The notes under the pieces were generated by a model. It did no database searches. It was not told the DNA's origin and worked only from the letters and a program-made list of their open reading frames with translations. The position numbers and the translations under genes were made by a program. A stretch of DNA of 64,000 nt, from assembly GCF_964194155.1 (NCBI RefSeq), contig NC_135885.1, positions 134,044,001-134,108,000 on the forward strand, given 5' to 3'. Positions 63,501 through 64,000 of the stretch are shown piece by piece. Source of the DNA: Cetorhinus maximus. Taxonomy: Eukaryota. How positions within the stretch are numbered: position 1 is the first letter of the stretch; each line of letters begins with the position of its first letter.

Positions 63501-64000
63501 TCTGTCTTCCAGTTTTGGACTCAGCCACAAATGGAGATGTTAAGTATGCAGAATACTTCAGCATGATGAAAGTCCTTTGACGCATCAGTTCAACCTGGTT
63601 CTGCGCACCGTTATAAACGTGAGGAACTCATGTGCGTTAGTCTGTTTGGGAGGATTCTTGCCAGAATAGCTTCACCAGACTATCTGTCCTGCTGCACAGC
63701 TCATTTCTTTTCTTGGAGCGTTTTCTGCCTCACTGCTTCTGAAGCCTTTCTGTTACCCTACTGACCGACCTCGGGAGTCTGCATTGTTCTTCAAAAGCTG
63801 ACCTTCAAAGGCTGGCAGAGGTCAAAGAAATTTGTCAGCAAGCACGTGCTCCCTGATTAACCAGACACTGTCAAAGAATCAGCCATTGTTTGAGATCAAT
63901 GCAAAACAACTGGCCATTCCACATTTAAATAACTTTTTTTTTGCCTATGAACAGGTGACCCAGCATGGGGCTGTTTTGGGAAACTACTTCCTTTCAGACA

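Overview
This is eukaryotic, repeat-rich, apparently intergenic or intronic DNA. The repeat families (CR1 LINEs, Deu-domain SINEs, Penelope-like tails, many PIF/Harbinger elements) suggest a cartilaginous fish, but that is an inference. I cannot support any intact host protein-coding gene. The window holds decayed Ty3/Gypsy elements and solo LTRs, four PIF/Harbinger relics (two with the convergent Myb/SANT + DDE transposase layout) plus MITEs, many CR1 fragments, a second CR1/L2-group LINE (here called LINE-B), RTE, Tx1 and Penelope-like fragments, tRNA-derived SINEs and a histone H2A pseudogene fragment. Most notable: (1) two Harbinger MITE copies whose interior is a chain of about 8 hairpins with compensatory base changes between copies; (2) a LINE-B copy that begins with a tRNA-like Pol III head running into the endonuclease ORF, alongside SINEs made of that head plus the LINE 3' tail; (3) a same-strand LINE-B/H2A/CR1 chimera; (4) minimal hammerhead ribozyme motifs in Penelope tails. 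Coordinates were read by eye and some boundaries are approximate.
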